From Polyangiales bacterium (lineage in GTDB: Bacteria; Myxococcota_A; Polyangia; Polyangiales; Polyangiaceae): DNA of 64,000 bases. The stretch spans positions 11,585-75,584 of the forward strand of contig JBBSBI010000001.1 in the NCBI GenBank assembly GCA_038251425.1, in the 5' to 3' direction. This document shows positions 55,494 to 64,000 of this stretch, in pieces. The notes below the pieces were generated by a model. The model did not search any database and had not been told where the DNA came from. It was given only the letters and a program-made list of their open reading frames with translations. Every line of letters begins with the position of its first letter. The stretch's first letter is position 1. The position numbers were made by a program, and so were the translations under genes.

Positions 55494-56468
55494 CTAGGGC
55501 TGAGCAACGGGCTTTGCGCGCTTCCGGCCCGAAGCAGGCCGAACCCGACAATGAACCACCAGCGAATCCACCCAGCTGAGCCAACCTTGTTCCGCAAAAT
55601 CAGGGCAATAGGCGATGATCTCAAAACCGTTGTAGTGGAGCAAAGCCTCCATCTCTTGAGGAAAAAACTGGCGATGGGTGAGCGGCACGTCCCAAGCCTC
55701 ACCTGTTTCAGGCTCGTACTCTGACCAGACGAGCAAGGTTTGCCGGAAACGCTCATAGAAAAAACGCTCGGAGCTGCGGATCTTGAGCTTCGTCACCGGA
55801 TCCACGAAGTCTGGAACGCGATAGCTGCGATTGGGATCGCGACCGAGATCGGCCGGCTGCGGCAGCGAATAGTCAAAAACGAATTCGCCCTTGGGCGTGA
55901 GGTGTTCTTTGACCCGTGCCAGAAAGGCCTCCATGTCGGGCCGATCATACAGGTGCAACATCACGTTGAAGGGCGCGATCACCAGCGGGAAGCGCCGCTT
56001 CAACTTAACCTTTCGCATATCCCCACGCCGCGCTGAAACGAGGCGCGCCACGGAAGGCTCCTCAAGCTTCAGCTTTTCCCTCAAATCTGCGAGCATCGGA
56101 GCCGAAAGGTCGATGCCCGTGATGGCAACGCCTTGGCGCGCGATCGGCAGAGCCACCCGTCCGTTACCCACACCGTATTCGAGCACGGGGCCTTTCGAAC
56201 GCCGAGCGAGCTCCACGTAATAGCCGACGTCTTGTAAACGACGCCGATAAGCCCTGGTATAATACGCAGGGTTTTCGTAGTGGGCGAGCGAGCCGAGTCC
56301 ATCGGGACGCGCGAGCGCCTCTAGGCTTCGGGGATGTAAGGCTCTCCGCGAAACGTCAGTACCCAGCGAGCGCTTGGGTCTCGTTGATGAACTCGCGCAG
56401 GACTTCTTCGGTATCGCGATGGAAGCGCACCTTGCCTGCTGCGATCTCGCGCAGGGCAGTGACTGCAC
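55494..56468 (-). CDS. Class I SAM-dependent methyltransferase (start unresolved)
   Basis: Motif [17 protein letters not shown]. The only upstream in-frame start (GTG 56468) overlaps rpoZ by 113 nt. The next start is GTG 56216. Confidence 0.7.
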   Translation of the reverse strand: MQSLPCARSQQARCASIAIPKKSCASSSTRPKRSLGTDVSRRALHPRSLEALARPDGLGSLAHYENPAYYTRAYRRRLQDVGYYVELARRSKGPVLEYGVGNGRVALPIARQGVAITGIDLSAPMLADLREKLKLEEPSVARLVSARRGDMRKVKLKRRFPLVIAPFNVMLHLYDRPDMEAFLARVKEHLTPKGEFVFDYSLPQPADLGRDPNRSYRVPDFVDPVTKLKIRSSERFFYERFRQTLLVWSEYEPETGEAWDVPLTHRQFFPQEMEALLHYNGFEIIAYCPDFAEQGWLSWVDSLVVHCRVRPASGRKRAKPVAQP

Positions 56469-56598
56469 ACTTATTGCGAGATTGGACCAGCGTGGGCGTG
56501 CCCTTCATCAGGGTGCGAGCTCGGTGGGCCGCCAGCACAACCAGTGCAAAGCGATTTTCCTCGTGCTCCAGACAATCTTCAACAGTAACGCGTGCCAT
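56356..56598 (-). CDS. rpoZ: DNA-directed RNA polymerase subunit omega
   Basis: [30 protein letters not shown]... is the canonical omega N-terminus. Confidence 0.9.
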   Translation of the reverse strand: MARVTVEDCLEHEENRFALVVLAAHRARTLMKGTPTLVQSRNKCAVTALREIAAGKVRFHRDTEEVLREFINETQALAGY

Positions 56599-56612
56599 GT
56601 GGGGGAGCGAAG

Positions 56613-58373
56613 CTAGTCGACGGCCCGGGCTATCGCAAGCGCCTTGGGCGCTTGGAGGACTTCAAGTGCCGGATGCTTGGGTGCAATCAGCCGGAGCTTC
56701 TCGGCAAACAGACTCGCCGCGTGGAAGTCTTGTAGCGAGAAGAGCATGAGCGCATGTTCAGCTAGTTGCTCTTGGAGAACCTGCAATGTCCCAGCGTCGC
56801 GGGATCCAGGTTGCTCAGCGAGCGTCACGACGCGGCTGAAAGCCTGATCGGAAGCGAGCGCGGCGCCCTCACGGTCGGAACGCCCCAGCGCGTGAGGCGA
56901 AAATCCAACCCAGAAGCCATGCGGCACCAGGTGCTCCCGCAACCTCGGGTCCCAGCTGGCATCGAACTGAACGAACAGCGGCCGCTCCACTGCGAGTGAG
57001 GATAGTGCGAACTCGGTCGGCCGTCGGCTGAGCCGCAGATCGCGAACCACAGGACCGAGTGCAGGCTCCGAACGCACCAGCTCCTCGCTGCCACTCCCAC
57101 GCTCCAACGCTTGGAGCGGCGCAACGATCAAATCCGGGCGTTGCCCCCCGATCTCGCGAGCGGCCCAGAGGTGCCAGGCCAACTCGGAGCTTTTCAAGAG
57201 AAGGACACTCCCCGGAGGAAGATCGCTCAGCGCTTCATCGGTCCAAGCTTCACTCGCGACGTGGTCGCGGCGTCCCGCCACGTGGGTTGAACGCTCGAAT
57301 CCGAGCAGCGCTAGTACGAACAGCGCTGTTACCAAGAGCCCAACACTCTGGCGCGCCATTGGAACGCGCCAACGTGTCAGCGTGAAGGCAGAAGCAGCTC
57401 CAACTCCAGCGAAAATACCCACTGCACTCAGCCCCAATAGAGCGAATGGCGCGAACGGATCGACGCCCAGCAGATCATCCCCCGCTTGGCTAAATATCCC
57501 GCCGAGAATGCACCAAACTCCGAGTGCCAAGGCCAAGGCCCGCGTCTGCGCCCGAAAGAGAGTGGCACACGCCCCTAAGGCCGCGATCCCTAGAGCCAAG
57601 AGCGTAAAATTCTCGTCCACTAAGGCGAGAGCCTGGTTTGGCAACTGGGCTCGACCCACTTCACCCGCAAACGCGATGCCCAAGTCGGACCAATGTCCAC
57701 CCGAGCGGACGAGCTGGCCGAGAACCAAACCGACCGCAACCCACCCAAACAGCGCCGCCGAGAGCGCGACCGTTTGCCGGGACCAGGGTAAAGCCGCCCG
57801 ACGAACGCCCAGCCGAGCCGTGAGCGCCAGCGCCAAGGCAGCAGCAGCAGCCCAATTTTCAGCAAGCGCGGCCCCGAGCGCCAATGCCAGCGCGAACGGG
57901 ACCCAAGCAGCCTCAGCTTCTCGGCTCAACCAAACGCCCAACAAACAGAGCGAGACTGCCACCGTGAGACCTCCGCCCACGGTCGCCTCGAGTTGCCAGC
58001 TTGGCCCGAGCGTCACGAGCCAAGCGGAGCCGAGCCCTGCCGCGCTGGCCGCCAATCGCGAGACCCCCAAACGCAGCGCCAGATAGCGGGTGAGACTAAA
58101 GATCAGGAAACCGCAAAGACTGAGCGCCACGACCGAGACGAGGGCCGCGCGGAGCCACTTGCCGCCGACCGGTAGCTCCAACGCGATGCTGGCTAGAAGG
58201 GCCGAAAGGGCTCCTTGGATTGCGGGCGGCCCCTGCCCCACCGCCGCCAACAGCGCCTGATCGTCGCGCCACTGGCTACCAAAACTGGCGCGCCAAATGC
58301 CGATCACGAGGGGGGCGGCCGGCGCCAAATAACTGAGGGCCTCCGCAAACGGGGTCGAGGGTTTTGGCGCCAT
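56613..58373 (-). CDS. Polytopic membrane protein with C-terminal soluble domain (possibly DUF2723/GT-C-like)
   Basis: About 10 hydrophobic helices followed by a roughly 200-aa soluble region. The family assignment comes from overall architecture only. Confidence 0.5.
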   Translation of the reverse strand: MAPKPSTPFAEALSYLAPAAPLVIGIWRASFGSQWRDDQALLAAVGQGPPAIQGALSALLASIALELPVGGKWLRAALVSVVALSLCGFLIFSLTRYLALRLGVSRLAASAAGLGSAWLVTLGPSWQLEATVGGGLTVAVSLCLLGVWLSREAEAAWVPFALALALGAALAENWAAAAALALALTARLGVRRAALPWSRQTVALSAALFGWVAVGLVLGQLVRSGGHWSDLGIAFAGEVGRAQLPNQALALVDENFTLLALGIAALGACATLFRAQTRALALALGVWCILGGIFSQAGDDLLGVDPFAPFALLGLSAVGIFAGVGAASAFTLTRWRVPMARQSVGLLVTALFVLALLGFERSTHVAGRRDHVASEAWTDEALSDLPPGSVLLLKSSELAWHLWAAREIGGQRPDLIVAPLQALERGSGSEELVRSEPALGPVVRDLRLSRRPTEFALSSLAVERPLFVQFDASWDPRLREHLVPHGFWVGFSPHALGRSDREGAALASDQAFSRVVTLAEQPGSRDAGTLQVLQEQLAEHALMLFSLQDFHAASLFAEKLRLIAPKHPALEVLQAPKALAIARAVD

Positions 58374-58529
58374 CGTCGGTCAGGACAAATGCGCAGAATT
58401 GGCGAACTTGGCCCACTTTGTGTGGACGTTTATGGCTACGTTCAGCGTGGAATTGAGCCATGCGCATTTCAGCGCTAAAAGGCGCGCCCGCCCAACCTAC
58501 GCAATCTTCCGCAATCTGAGGCAGTTTCT

Positions 58530-60416
58530 GTGGCCCGCTTTATCGATGAACTGAAACGCACCCATCACTGCGCTGCGATCCGCGCGGCAGACATTGGCAA
58601 AGAAGTGGTCCTCTTCGGCTGGGTTGCCAATCGCCGAGACCATGGTTCCCTGATTTTCGTCGATCTGCGGGACCGCGAGGGCATCACGCAGATCGTTTTT
58701 GATCCGGATGCTTCAAAAGAAGCCCACGAGCTAGCCAACACCCTACGCGGCGAATGGGTAATAGGCTTGCGTGGCAAAGTTCGAAGCCGCGGTGAACAGT
58801 TCAGCAAGAAGGAAGGGCGCATGTTGAGCGCGGCCAATCCCAACTTGCCGACCGGCGAAGTGGAGCTGGAGGTGCTTGAGGCGACCGTCTTCAACCGCAG
58901 CGAGACGCCGCCCTTTGAGATTGAGGCCCGCACCGACACTCGCGAAGAAGTACGCCTAGAATATCGCTATTTGGACTTGCGCCGCGCCCCGTTGCAGGAA
59001 GCCCTGAAGCAACGCCACCGCATGAATCAGGCGACGCGCAACTACCTCACCGAGAACGGCTGCCTGGAACTCGAAACCCCCGTCCTGGTGAAATACACGC
59101 CGGGCGGAGCGCGCAACTTTCTGGTTCCCTCACGCCTGCACGGCGGCAAATTCTACGCGCTGGCTGAGAGCCCACAGCTTTTCAAGCAGTTGTTCATGGT
59201 GGCGGGTTTCGACCGTTACTTCCAAATTGTGCGCTGCTTTCGCGACGAAGATCTACGCATCGACCGGCAGCCGGAGTTCACGCAGATCGACATTGAGCTG
59301 AGCTTCGTCAATCAAGATGACGTCTTCAGCCTGGTCGAAGGCCTGATCTTCAAAATTTGGAGCGCCGCGTTGGGCGTCGATTTGAAGGAAAAATATCCAA
59401 GCGGGCACTTCCCACACTTGAAGTTCGACGACGCGATGCGCGACTACGGCAACGATAAGCCGGATCTTCGCTTCGGCATGAAGCACGTCGACCTCACCGA
59501 GCTTGTGGTGGAACACTCTGGCGGCGGGATCGGCTTCTTTCAGCCCATCGCCGAAAAGTTTAAGAACGGTACCTATCGCCGTGAACTCCCGGCAGAGATC
59601 GTGAAGGCGATGGTGGTGCCCGCTTCGGCCAACCTCACGCGCACCGACGGCGATAAGTTGGAACAAACTGCGAAGGGCATGGGCGCTGCTGGCTTGGCGC
59701 GCGCAAAAATTGGTCCGAACGGTGAATGGTTGCAATCACCCCTTTCAAAGACGGTCACGGATGAATTCCGGACCGCGGTGAATCAAGCGCTCGGGGTAAA
59801 AGAGAACGACGTCGTCTTGTTCCAGTTTGGCCGAGCGGCTTTGGTGCACACGGTGCTGGCCAATTTGCGAGTGATCCAAGCCAAAAAGATGGGGCTGATC
59901 CCGGAAGTGGGGCACGGCAATACGTTCCAATTTTCGTGGGTGGTCGATCCGCCACTCTTTGAATACGACGACCAGACCAAGCATTGGGCCGCGGCTCACC
60001 ACGCTTTCACGCGCCCACACGATGAGCACGTTGAATTACTAGGAACAGATCCCGGCAAGGTGCTCTGCTACCGCTATGATTTAGTGCTGAACGGTTTTGA
60101 GATTGCCGGCGGCTCGATCCGTTTGCACGATCCGTTGGTCCAGTCGAAAGTGTTTTCTGCGCTCGGCATCGACGCTAAAGAAGCTGAGGACAAATTTGGA
60201 TTCCTGCTGAAGGCACTGCGTTACGGCGCTCCACCCCACGGTGGGATCGCGCTTGGCATGGATCGCATCGCGATGCTGCTCGGCGGCACCGAAAGCATCC
60301 GGGACGTGATCGCTTTCCCGAAGACCCAAAAAGGGACGGACGTGATGACCGAGGCGCCAGGCCTGGTTTCTCCCGGGCAATTGGCTGAACTCAAGATCCG
60401 CTCGATCGCTGAGTAG
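58530..60416 (+). CDS. aspS: Aspartate--tRNA ligase
   Basis: OB-fold GWVANRRDHGSLIFVDLRDREG. Class II motifs FQIVRCFRDEDLRIDRQPEFTQIDIE and GGIALGMDR. GTG start. Confidence 0.95.
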   Translation: MARFIDELKRTHHCAAIRAADIGKEVVLFGWVANRRDHGSLIFVDLRDREGITQIVFDPDASKEAHELANTLRGEWVIGLRGKVRSRGEQFSKKEGRMLSAANPNLPTGEVELEVLEATVFNRSETPPFEIEARTDTREEVRLEYRYLDLRRAPLQEALKQRHRMNQATRNYLTENGCLELETPVLVKYTPGGARNFLVPSRLHGGKFYALAESPQLFKQLFMVAGFDRYFQIVRCFRDEDLRIDRQPEFTQIDIELSFVNQDDVFSLVEGLIFKIWSAALGVDLKEKYPSGHFPHLKFDDAMRDYGNDKPDLRFGMKHVDLTELVVEHSGGGIGFFQPIAEKFKNGTYRRELPAEIVKAMVVPASANLTRTDGDKLEQTAKGMGAAGLARAKIGPNGEWLQSPLSKTVTDEFRTAVNQALGVKENDVVLFQFGRAALVHTVLANLRVIQAKKMGLIPEVGHGNTFQFSWVVDPPLFEYDDQTKHWAAAHHAFTRPHDEHVELLGTDPGKVLCYRYDLVLNGFEIAGGSIRLHDPLVQSKVFSALGIDAKEAEDKFGFLLKALRYGAPPHGGIALGMDRIAMLLGGTESIRDVIAFPKTQKGTDVMTEAPGLVSPGQLAELKIRSIAE

Positions 60417-60480
60417 AATCGCCCGCGCAATCGGCTAGCATCTTCGGCTTCATTCCCGGCCGCCGAGAATGGTGCTGCAA

Positions 60481-61860
60481 ATGAGTGCGAAGATCCTAGT
60501 CGTTGACGATAGCCCCACCATTCGCAAAGTCGTCGCGTCCATTTTAGCGGCCCACGACTACGAAGTCTTGCTGGCGGGGGACGGGCGCGATGCGCTGGAG
60601 GTGCTGGAGCACTCAGCGGTTGACCTCGTGATGCTCGATTTCGTGATGCCGCGAATGAACGGTTTTCAGTTCTGTCGGGAGATCCGCGCGAGCGACACCC
60701 TGCGCGAATTGCCTGTGGTGTTAATGAGCGCCAAGGGCGACAAGATCCGTGGCCAATTCGTGCGGCAAACCGGCGCCATCGATTCGATCACCAAGCCCTT
60801 TGATGCGCGCGGGCTGATTGCCGTCGTCGAAGGTGCGCTCAAGAAGAAAACCGAAGGGCGCACGCGCTCCACGGTGCGGCCAGAAGACGAAGGTCCGTTC
60901 GAGTCGTCTCCAAGCGGGCTCCACCCGAGCACCGATCCAAGGACGCGTCGTGCGCACGCCGTACGGGATTTCGCGGCCGAATTGGCCCGCCAGCTCGCCC
61001 CCTCCATGGCAAAATTCCCGGCCTTTGTACGAATTAGCCCGGAGCAGATTTCGGTGGCCGTGCGCGATTCTGTGACACTCGACACCGTTTCTCAGCTCGC
61101 TGGTCTGCTGCAATCGGTGGAGTTCGGAGAGAAAGACCCTCACGTCCTCTCGGGGGATCTCAGCGTCGTCTCCGTCGCGGAGATTTTGCAGCTACTCACT
61201 CTTCAGCGCAAAAGCGGAGCGCTTCGAGTCTTCAATCAGAAAGCTGAAGTTGTTCTTTTCTTGAGGCAAGGCGATCTCGATTATGCCTCTTGGCGAGGCC
61301 TGACCGCAGAATTCCTGATCGGCCGCTACGTGGTTGAGGAAGGCTTGCTCTCGCGGGCGGAGCTCCAGACGGTGCTCGACAATCGTGCGGGCTCCAAGCG
61401 TCTCTTGGGGGAAACATTGGTGATTTTGGGCTTCGCCGAGGAGCCGCAGATCCGAAAAGCGCTGGAGCGACAAACCTCAGAATTGGTGTACGAAATCGTG
61501 CGCTGGATGCACGGGCGCTTCGTTTTTCACGTCGACATCGAAAACCCGATCGCGGAAAAAACACGGCTTTCGCTCCCCACGAGCGGGCTCGTGATGGAAG
61601 GTTTCCGACGAGTGGACGAATGGCGCGTGATCGAAGGCTCATTTGATTTCGAAGAAGTGCTGTATTGCGATCAGGTCGGCCTCGAACAGCTCGGTGATGC
61701 TTCGCAACTCACGGCGATGGAGCGGCGTGTCCTCGCAACTATTGACGGCGAAAACACGGTTCGCGAAATCGTGAGCGAGATGGGTGGCAGTTCGTTTGAA
61801 GTCTGTAAGATCCTTTACCAATTCTTGAATTCGCGCCTGGTGCGGCGCCGAGCGCTCTAA
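60481..61860 (+). CDS. Response regulator: receiver domain + DUF4388-like domain(s)
   Basis: KILVVDDSPTIRKV...DLVMLDFVMPRMNG...PVVLMSAKGD...ITKPF, then GDLSVVSVAEILQLLTLQRKSGALRVF. Confidence 0.8.
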   Translation: MSAKILVVDDSPTIRKVVASILAAHDYEVLLAGDGRDALEVLEHSAVDLVMLDFVMPRMNGFQFCREIRASDTLRELPVVLMSAKGDKIRGQFVRQTGAIDSITKPFDARGLIAVVEGALKKKTEGRTRSTVRPEDEGPFESSPSGLHPSTDPRTRRAHAVRDFAAELARQLAPSMAKFPAFVRISPEQISVAVRDSVTLDTVSQLAGLLQSVEFGEKDPHVLSGDLSVVSVAEILQLLTLQRKSGALRVFNQKAEVVLFLRQGDLDYASWRGLTAEFLIGRYVVEEGLLSRAELQTVLDNRAGSKRLLGETLVILGFAEEPQIRKALERQTSELVYEIVRWMHGRFVFHVDIENPIAEKTRLSLPTSGLVMEGFRRVDEWRVIEGSFDFEEVLYCDQVGLEQLGDASQLTAMERRVLATIDGENTVREIVSEMGGSSFEVCKILYQFLNSRLVRRRAL

Positions 61861-61864
61861 TTCC

Positions 61865-63124
61865 TTGGCCCACGTTTGGCTTTGCTCCCGTCTGAACGCC
61901 GCAGCCACGGCTGACGAGGTTGCTTGGGTGCAGCGGTTGTTCGACAGCACCGGCTCCGCCTTCACGATTGCCGAAGAGCTTCAGCGCAGTTACGCCGTAC
62001 TCTGGAGCGTGAGCGAGGGGCCGGAAGGCCCCAAAGTGGGGGCGCTACTGGCCTGGTTCGCTGTCGATGAAATGCAGATCCTGCATCTTGCAACCGATCC
62101 AGACCACCGGCAGCAAGGTGTGGGCAGAGCACTCTTACAATGTGCCGTTGGCGAAGCCCTGGCACGCGGCTGCCGACTGATCTTGCTCGAAACACGGCGC
62201 TCAAACCGTGCCGCGCTCGCCCTTTACAAACGCTTTGGATTTGAAACAGTCCGCGAGCGCAAGCACTACTACTCAAACCCCACCGAGGATGGCCTGGAGA
62301 TGGCGGTAAGCCCAAAGATCCCAAAGCAGCAAAAGCGCCTGCAGCTCCTGAGAAGGACCGCAATCGGTGATGCCTACCACGTCCTCACCTTCACCGACCC
62401 CGAAGACACGGCAGCCGAGCCTGGCCAATTCATGATGATCCGTGGAGAGGATTGGGGCGAGGCACCCCTTCTGGCGCGCCCGATGAGCTACCTCACGGCT
62501 GGCCATGAGCCTTCAATCCTGATCAAAGTGATCGGCAAAGGCACACTAGCTATGGCCCGCGCCGAAGCCGGCGCTTGGTTCACGCTCATGGGCCCGCTTG
62601 GCACCCAGTGGCGCGAACCCGAGAAAGATCGAAAAGTAGTCCTGGTGGGTGGCGGTGTCGGCATCGCTCCGCTGATTTTCTTCGCACAAAAGCTGAGCGC
62701 GGCGGGCATCCGTGCCACCACAGTTTATGGCGGACGGAGCGCGAAAGATCTGCCTCTGCTCGCGGAGCTTCAGGTGCTTTGCGACGTGATTGTCACCACC
62801 GAAGATGGCTCGCTGGGGACGCACGGGCGAGTGCCCGTTGTGCTCGACGCGCTGCTCAAGCAGCACGCACAAGTCTACACGTGCGGCCCCGATCGAATGA
62901 TGGCAAAGGTGGCGGAGCTGTGCGCTGCCGCTCAGGTTCCGTGCGAAGTTTCTTTGGAGACGCCCATGGCTTGCGGCTACGGCGTGTGTCTCGGCTGCCC
63001 GGTGCCAACGCACGAAGGGAAGTACCTCTACGCCTGCGTCGAAGGCCCGTGCATGGATGCGGCAAGAGTTGATTTTTCAAAAGCCGAGCACGCACCGGTG
63101 CGCAAAGGGGGAATGCCCGCATGA
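61865..63124 (+). CDS. pyrK: Single ORF fusing a RimI-like GNAT acetyltransferase to the dihydroorotate dehydrogenase electron-transfer subunit PyrK
   Basis: N-half: ILHLATDPDHRQQGVGRALL...LETRRSNRAALALYKRFGF. C-half: PGQFMMIR, LARPMSY, LVGGGVGIAPL, CGYGVCLGCPV...YACVEGPC. There is no stop codon between the halves. Confidence 0.75.
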   Translation: MAHVWLCSRLNAAATADEVAWVQRLFDSTGSAFTIAEELQRSYAVLWSVSEGPEGPKVGALLAWFAVDEMQILHLATDPDHRQQGVGRALLQCAVGEALARGCRLILLETRRSNRAALALYKRFGFETVRERKHYYSNPTEDGLEMAVSPKIPKQQKRLQLLRRTAIGDAYHVLTFTDPEDTAAEPGQFMMIRGEDWGEAPLLARPMSYLTAGHEPSILIKVIGKGTLAMARAEAGAWFTLMGPLGTQWREPEKDRKVVLVGGGVGIAPLIFFAQKLSAAGIRATTVYGGRSAKDLPLLAELQVLCDVIVTTEDGSLGTHGRVPVVLDALLKQHAQVYTCGPDRMMAKVAELCAAAQVPCEVSLETPMACGYGVCLGCPVPTHEGKYLYACVEGPCMDAARVDFSKAEHAPVRKGGMPA

Positions 63125-64000
63125 CGGATCTCTCGGTAAAAATCGGCCAGTTGACGCTCAAGAACCCGATCCTCACAGCCTCGGGCTGCTTCGGCTACGG
63201 GCTCGAATACGACGATTTCTACGACGTGGCGGAACTCGGTGGCATCTGCACCAAGGGCTTGAGCTTGCACCCCCGCGCTGGAAATCCTCCGGAGCGCATT
63301 TGCGAAACGTCTGCCGGCATGCTGAATGCGATCGGCTTGGCCAACGTCGGCGTTGAGGCCTTCTGCACCGAGAAGCTGCCGAAGCTGCGCGCGCGCGGTG
63401 TGAGCGTGATCGCCAACATCTTCGCCAGTAGCGTGGAGGATTTCGTGACCATCGCCCGTCGGCTGGAGCGTGAGACTGGCGTGCATGCGATCGAGTTGAA
63501 CGTATCTTGCCCCAACGTGACGCATGGGGGCATCGAGTTTGGTCGGGATGCGGGGCTTGCCTCCGAGGTCACGCGCCGCGTGCGGGATGCCACTCGCCTC
63601 CCGATTTGGGTAAAAATGAGCCCAGAAGCGGGAGATCTGGTGGGTGTCGGCTTGGCGTGCCAAGCCGCTGGCGCCGATGCGCTAACGGCCATCAACACCG
63701 TTCGCGGCATGTCGATCGATGTGCACACCAAACGGCTGCGCCTAGCTAACCGCACGGGAGGCATGAGTGGGCCCGCGCTGAAGCCGATCGCGATCCGTAT
63801 GGTGTGGGAGCTGGCACGCGCCGTTTCAATTCCGATTATCGGCATCGGCGGTGCTGCCACTGCTGAGGATGTGATCGAATTCATGTTGGCCGGAGCCAGC
63901 GCGGTGCAGCTTGGCACCGTGAATTTTTATGACCCGTGCGCGGCGATCAAAGCTGTGCGTGGCCTCGCCGAATATTGCAAGAAAGAGCAATTGAGCGCGC
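63121..64000 (+). CDS. pyrD: Dihydroorotate dehydrogenase catalytic subunit, class 1B (3' end outside window)
   Basis: ATGA overlap with the pyrK stop. Hand translation MTDLSVKIGQLTLKNPILTASGCFGYG...GNPPERICETSAGMLNAIGLANVG. Absent from the ORF track because no stop lies in the window. Confidence 0.9.
   Translation, partial: MTDLSVKIGQLTLKNPILTASGCFGYGLEYDDFYDVAELGGICTKGLSLHPRAGNPPERICETSAGMLNAIGLANVGVEAFCTEKLPKLRARGVSVIANIFASSVEDFVTIARRLERETGVHAIELNVSCPNVTHGGIEFGRDAGLASEVTRRVRDATRLPIWVKMSPEAGDLVGVGLACQAAGADALTAINTVRGMSIDVHTKRLRLANRTGGMSGPALKPIAIRMVWELARAVSIPIIGIGGAATAEDVIEFMLAGASAVQLGTVNFYDPCAAIKAVRGLAEYCKKEQLSA

Noticed and set aside
57382-58086. 234-aa plus-strand ORF
   Set aside because: It is antisense to the polytopic membrane protein gene. 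It is an Ala/Pro/Ser/Arg low-complexity mirror frame.
58387-58469. Inverted 9-mers AAATGCGCA / TGCGCATTT 66 nt apart upstream of aspS, considered as a leader structure
   Set aside because: There is no further complementarity between the arms. T-box or attenuator features are absent.
63028-63917. Two long minus-strand ORFs (211 and 232 aa)
   Set aside because: They are antisense to pyrD, whose plus-strand translation is unmistakable. pyrD is missing from the track only because it has no stop in the window.

Overview
High-GC (by eye about 60-65%) chromosomal segment. The gene content suggests a Myxococcota or deltaproteobacterium-type genome: many lipobox lipoproteins, three DUF4388-like domains, a Ser/Thr kinase, a sigma-54 enhancer-binding protein, and TPR/peptidase-MA proteins. 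I call about 56 densely packed protein-coding genes on both strands. Most are core housekeeping genes: trpS, serS, aspS, rph, rnr, rpoZ, trmL, queE, add, rpe, dapF, zapA, bioF/bioD, aroK-aroB, tyrA, pyrK/pyrD, a MoxR-DUF58-transglutaminase operon, and ABC transporters. I saw no rRNA, tRNA, CRISPR array, transposase, integrase or phage genes, and no clear defence island or other obvious multi-gene novel system. The items worth a second look are smaller in scale. (1) A 24-bp perfect palindrome sits inside a 46-nt element that occurs twice, 29 kb apart, in front of two operons. (2) A 16-20-bp perfect palindrome TGTTTCACGTGAAACA occurs twice inside bioF in different reading frames, with a variant inside the divergent TetR gene. 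(3) bioD has an apparent 1-nt frameshift that detaches its P-loop. (4) A lipoprotein fuses a c-type cytochrome to a PHM/DBH-type copper monooxygenase; it is paired with a His-rich lipoprotein behind a sigma-54-like promoter and lies next to an NtrC-type activator. (5) A consensus sigma-54 promoter precedes an orphan ORF. (6) A DAHP-synthase homologue seems to have lost its catalytic motifs and is coupled to tyrA. (7) RimI and PyrK form one fused ORF. (8) A stand-alone cNMP-binding protein is coupled to a GNAT. All coordinates and motifs were read by eye, and start codons are often uncertain by tens of nucleotides. The ORF track uses GTG and TTG as starts, and many track ORFs carry spurious N-terminal extensions.
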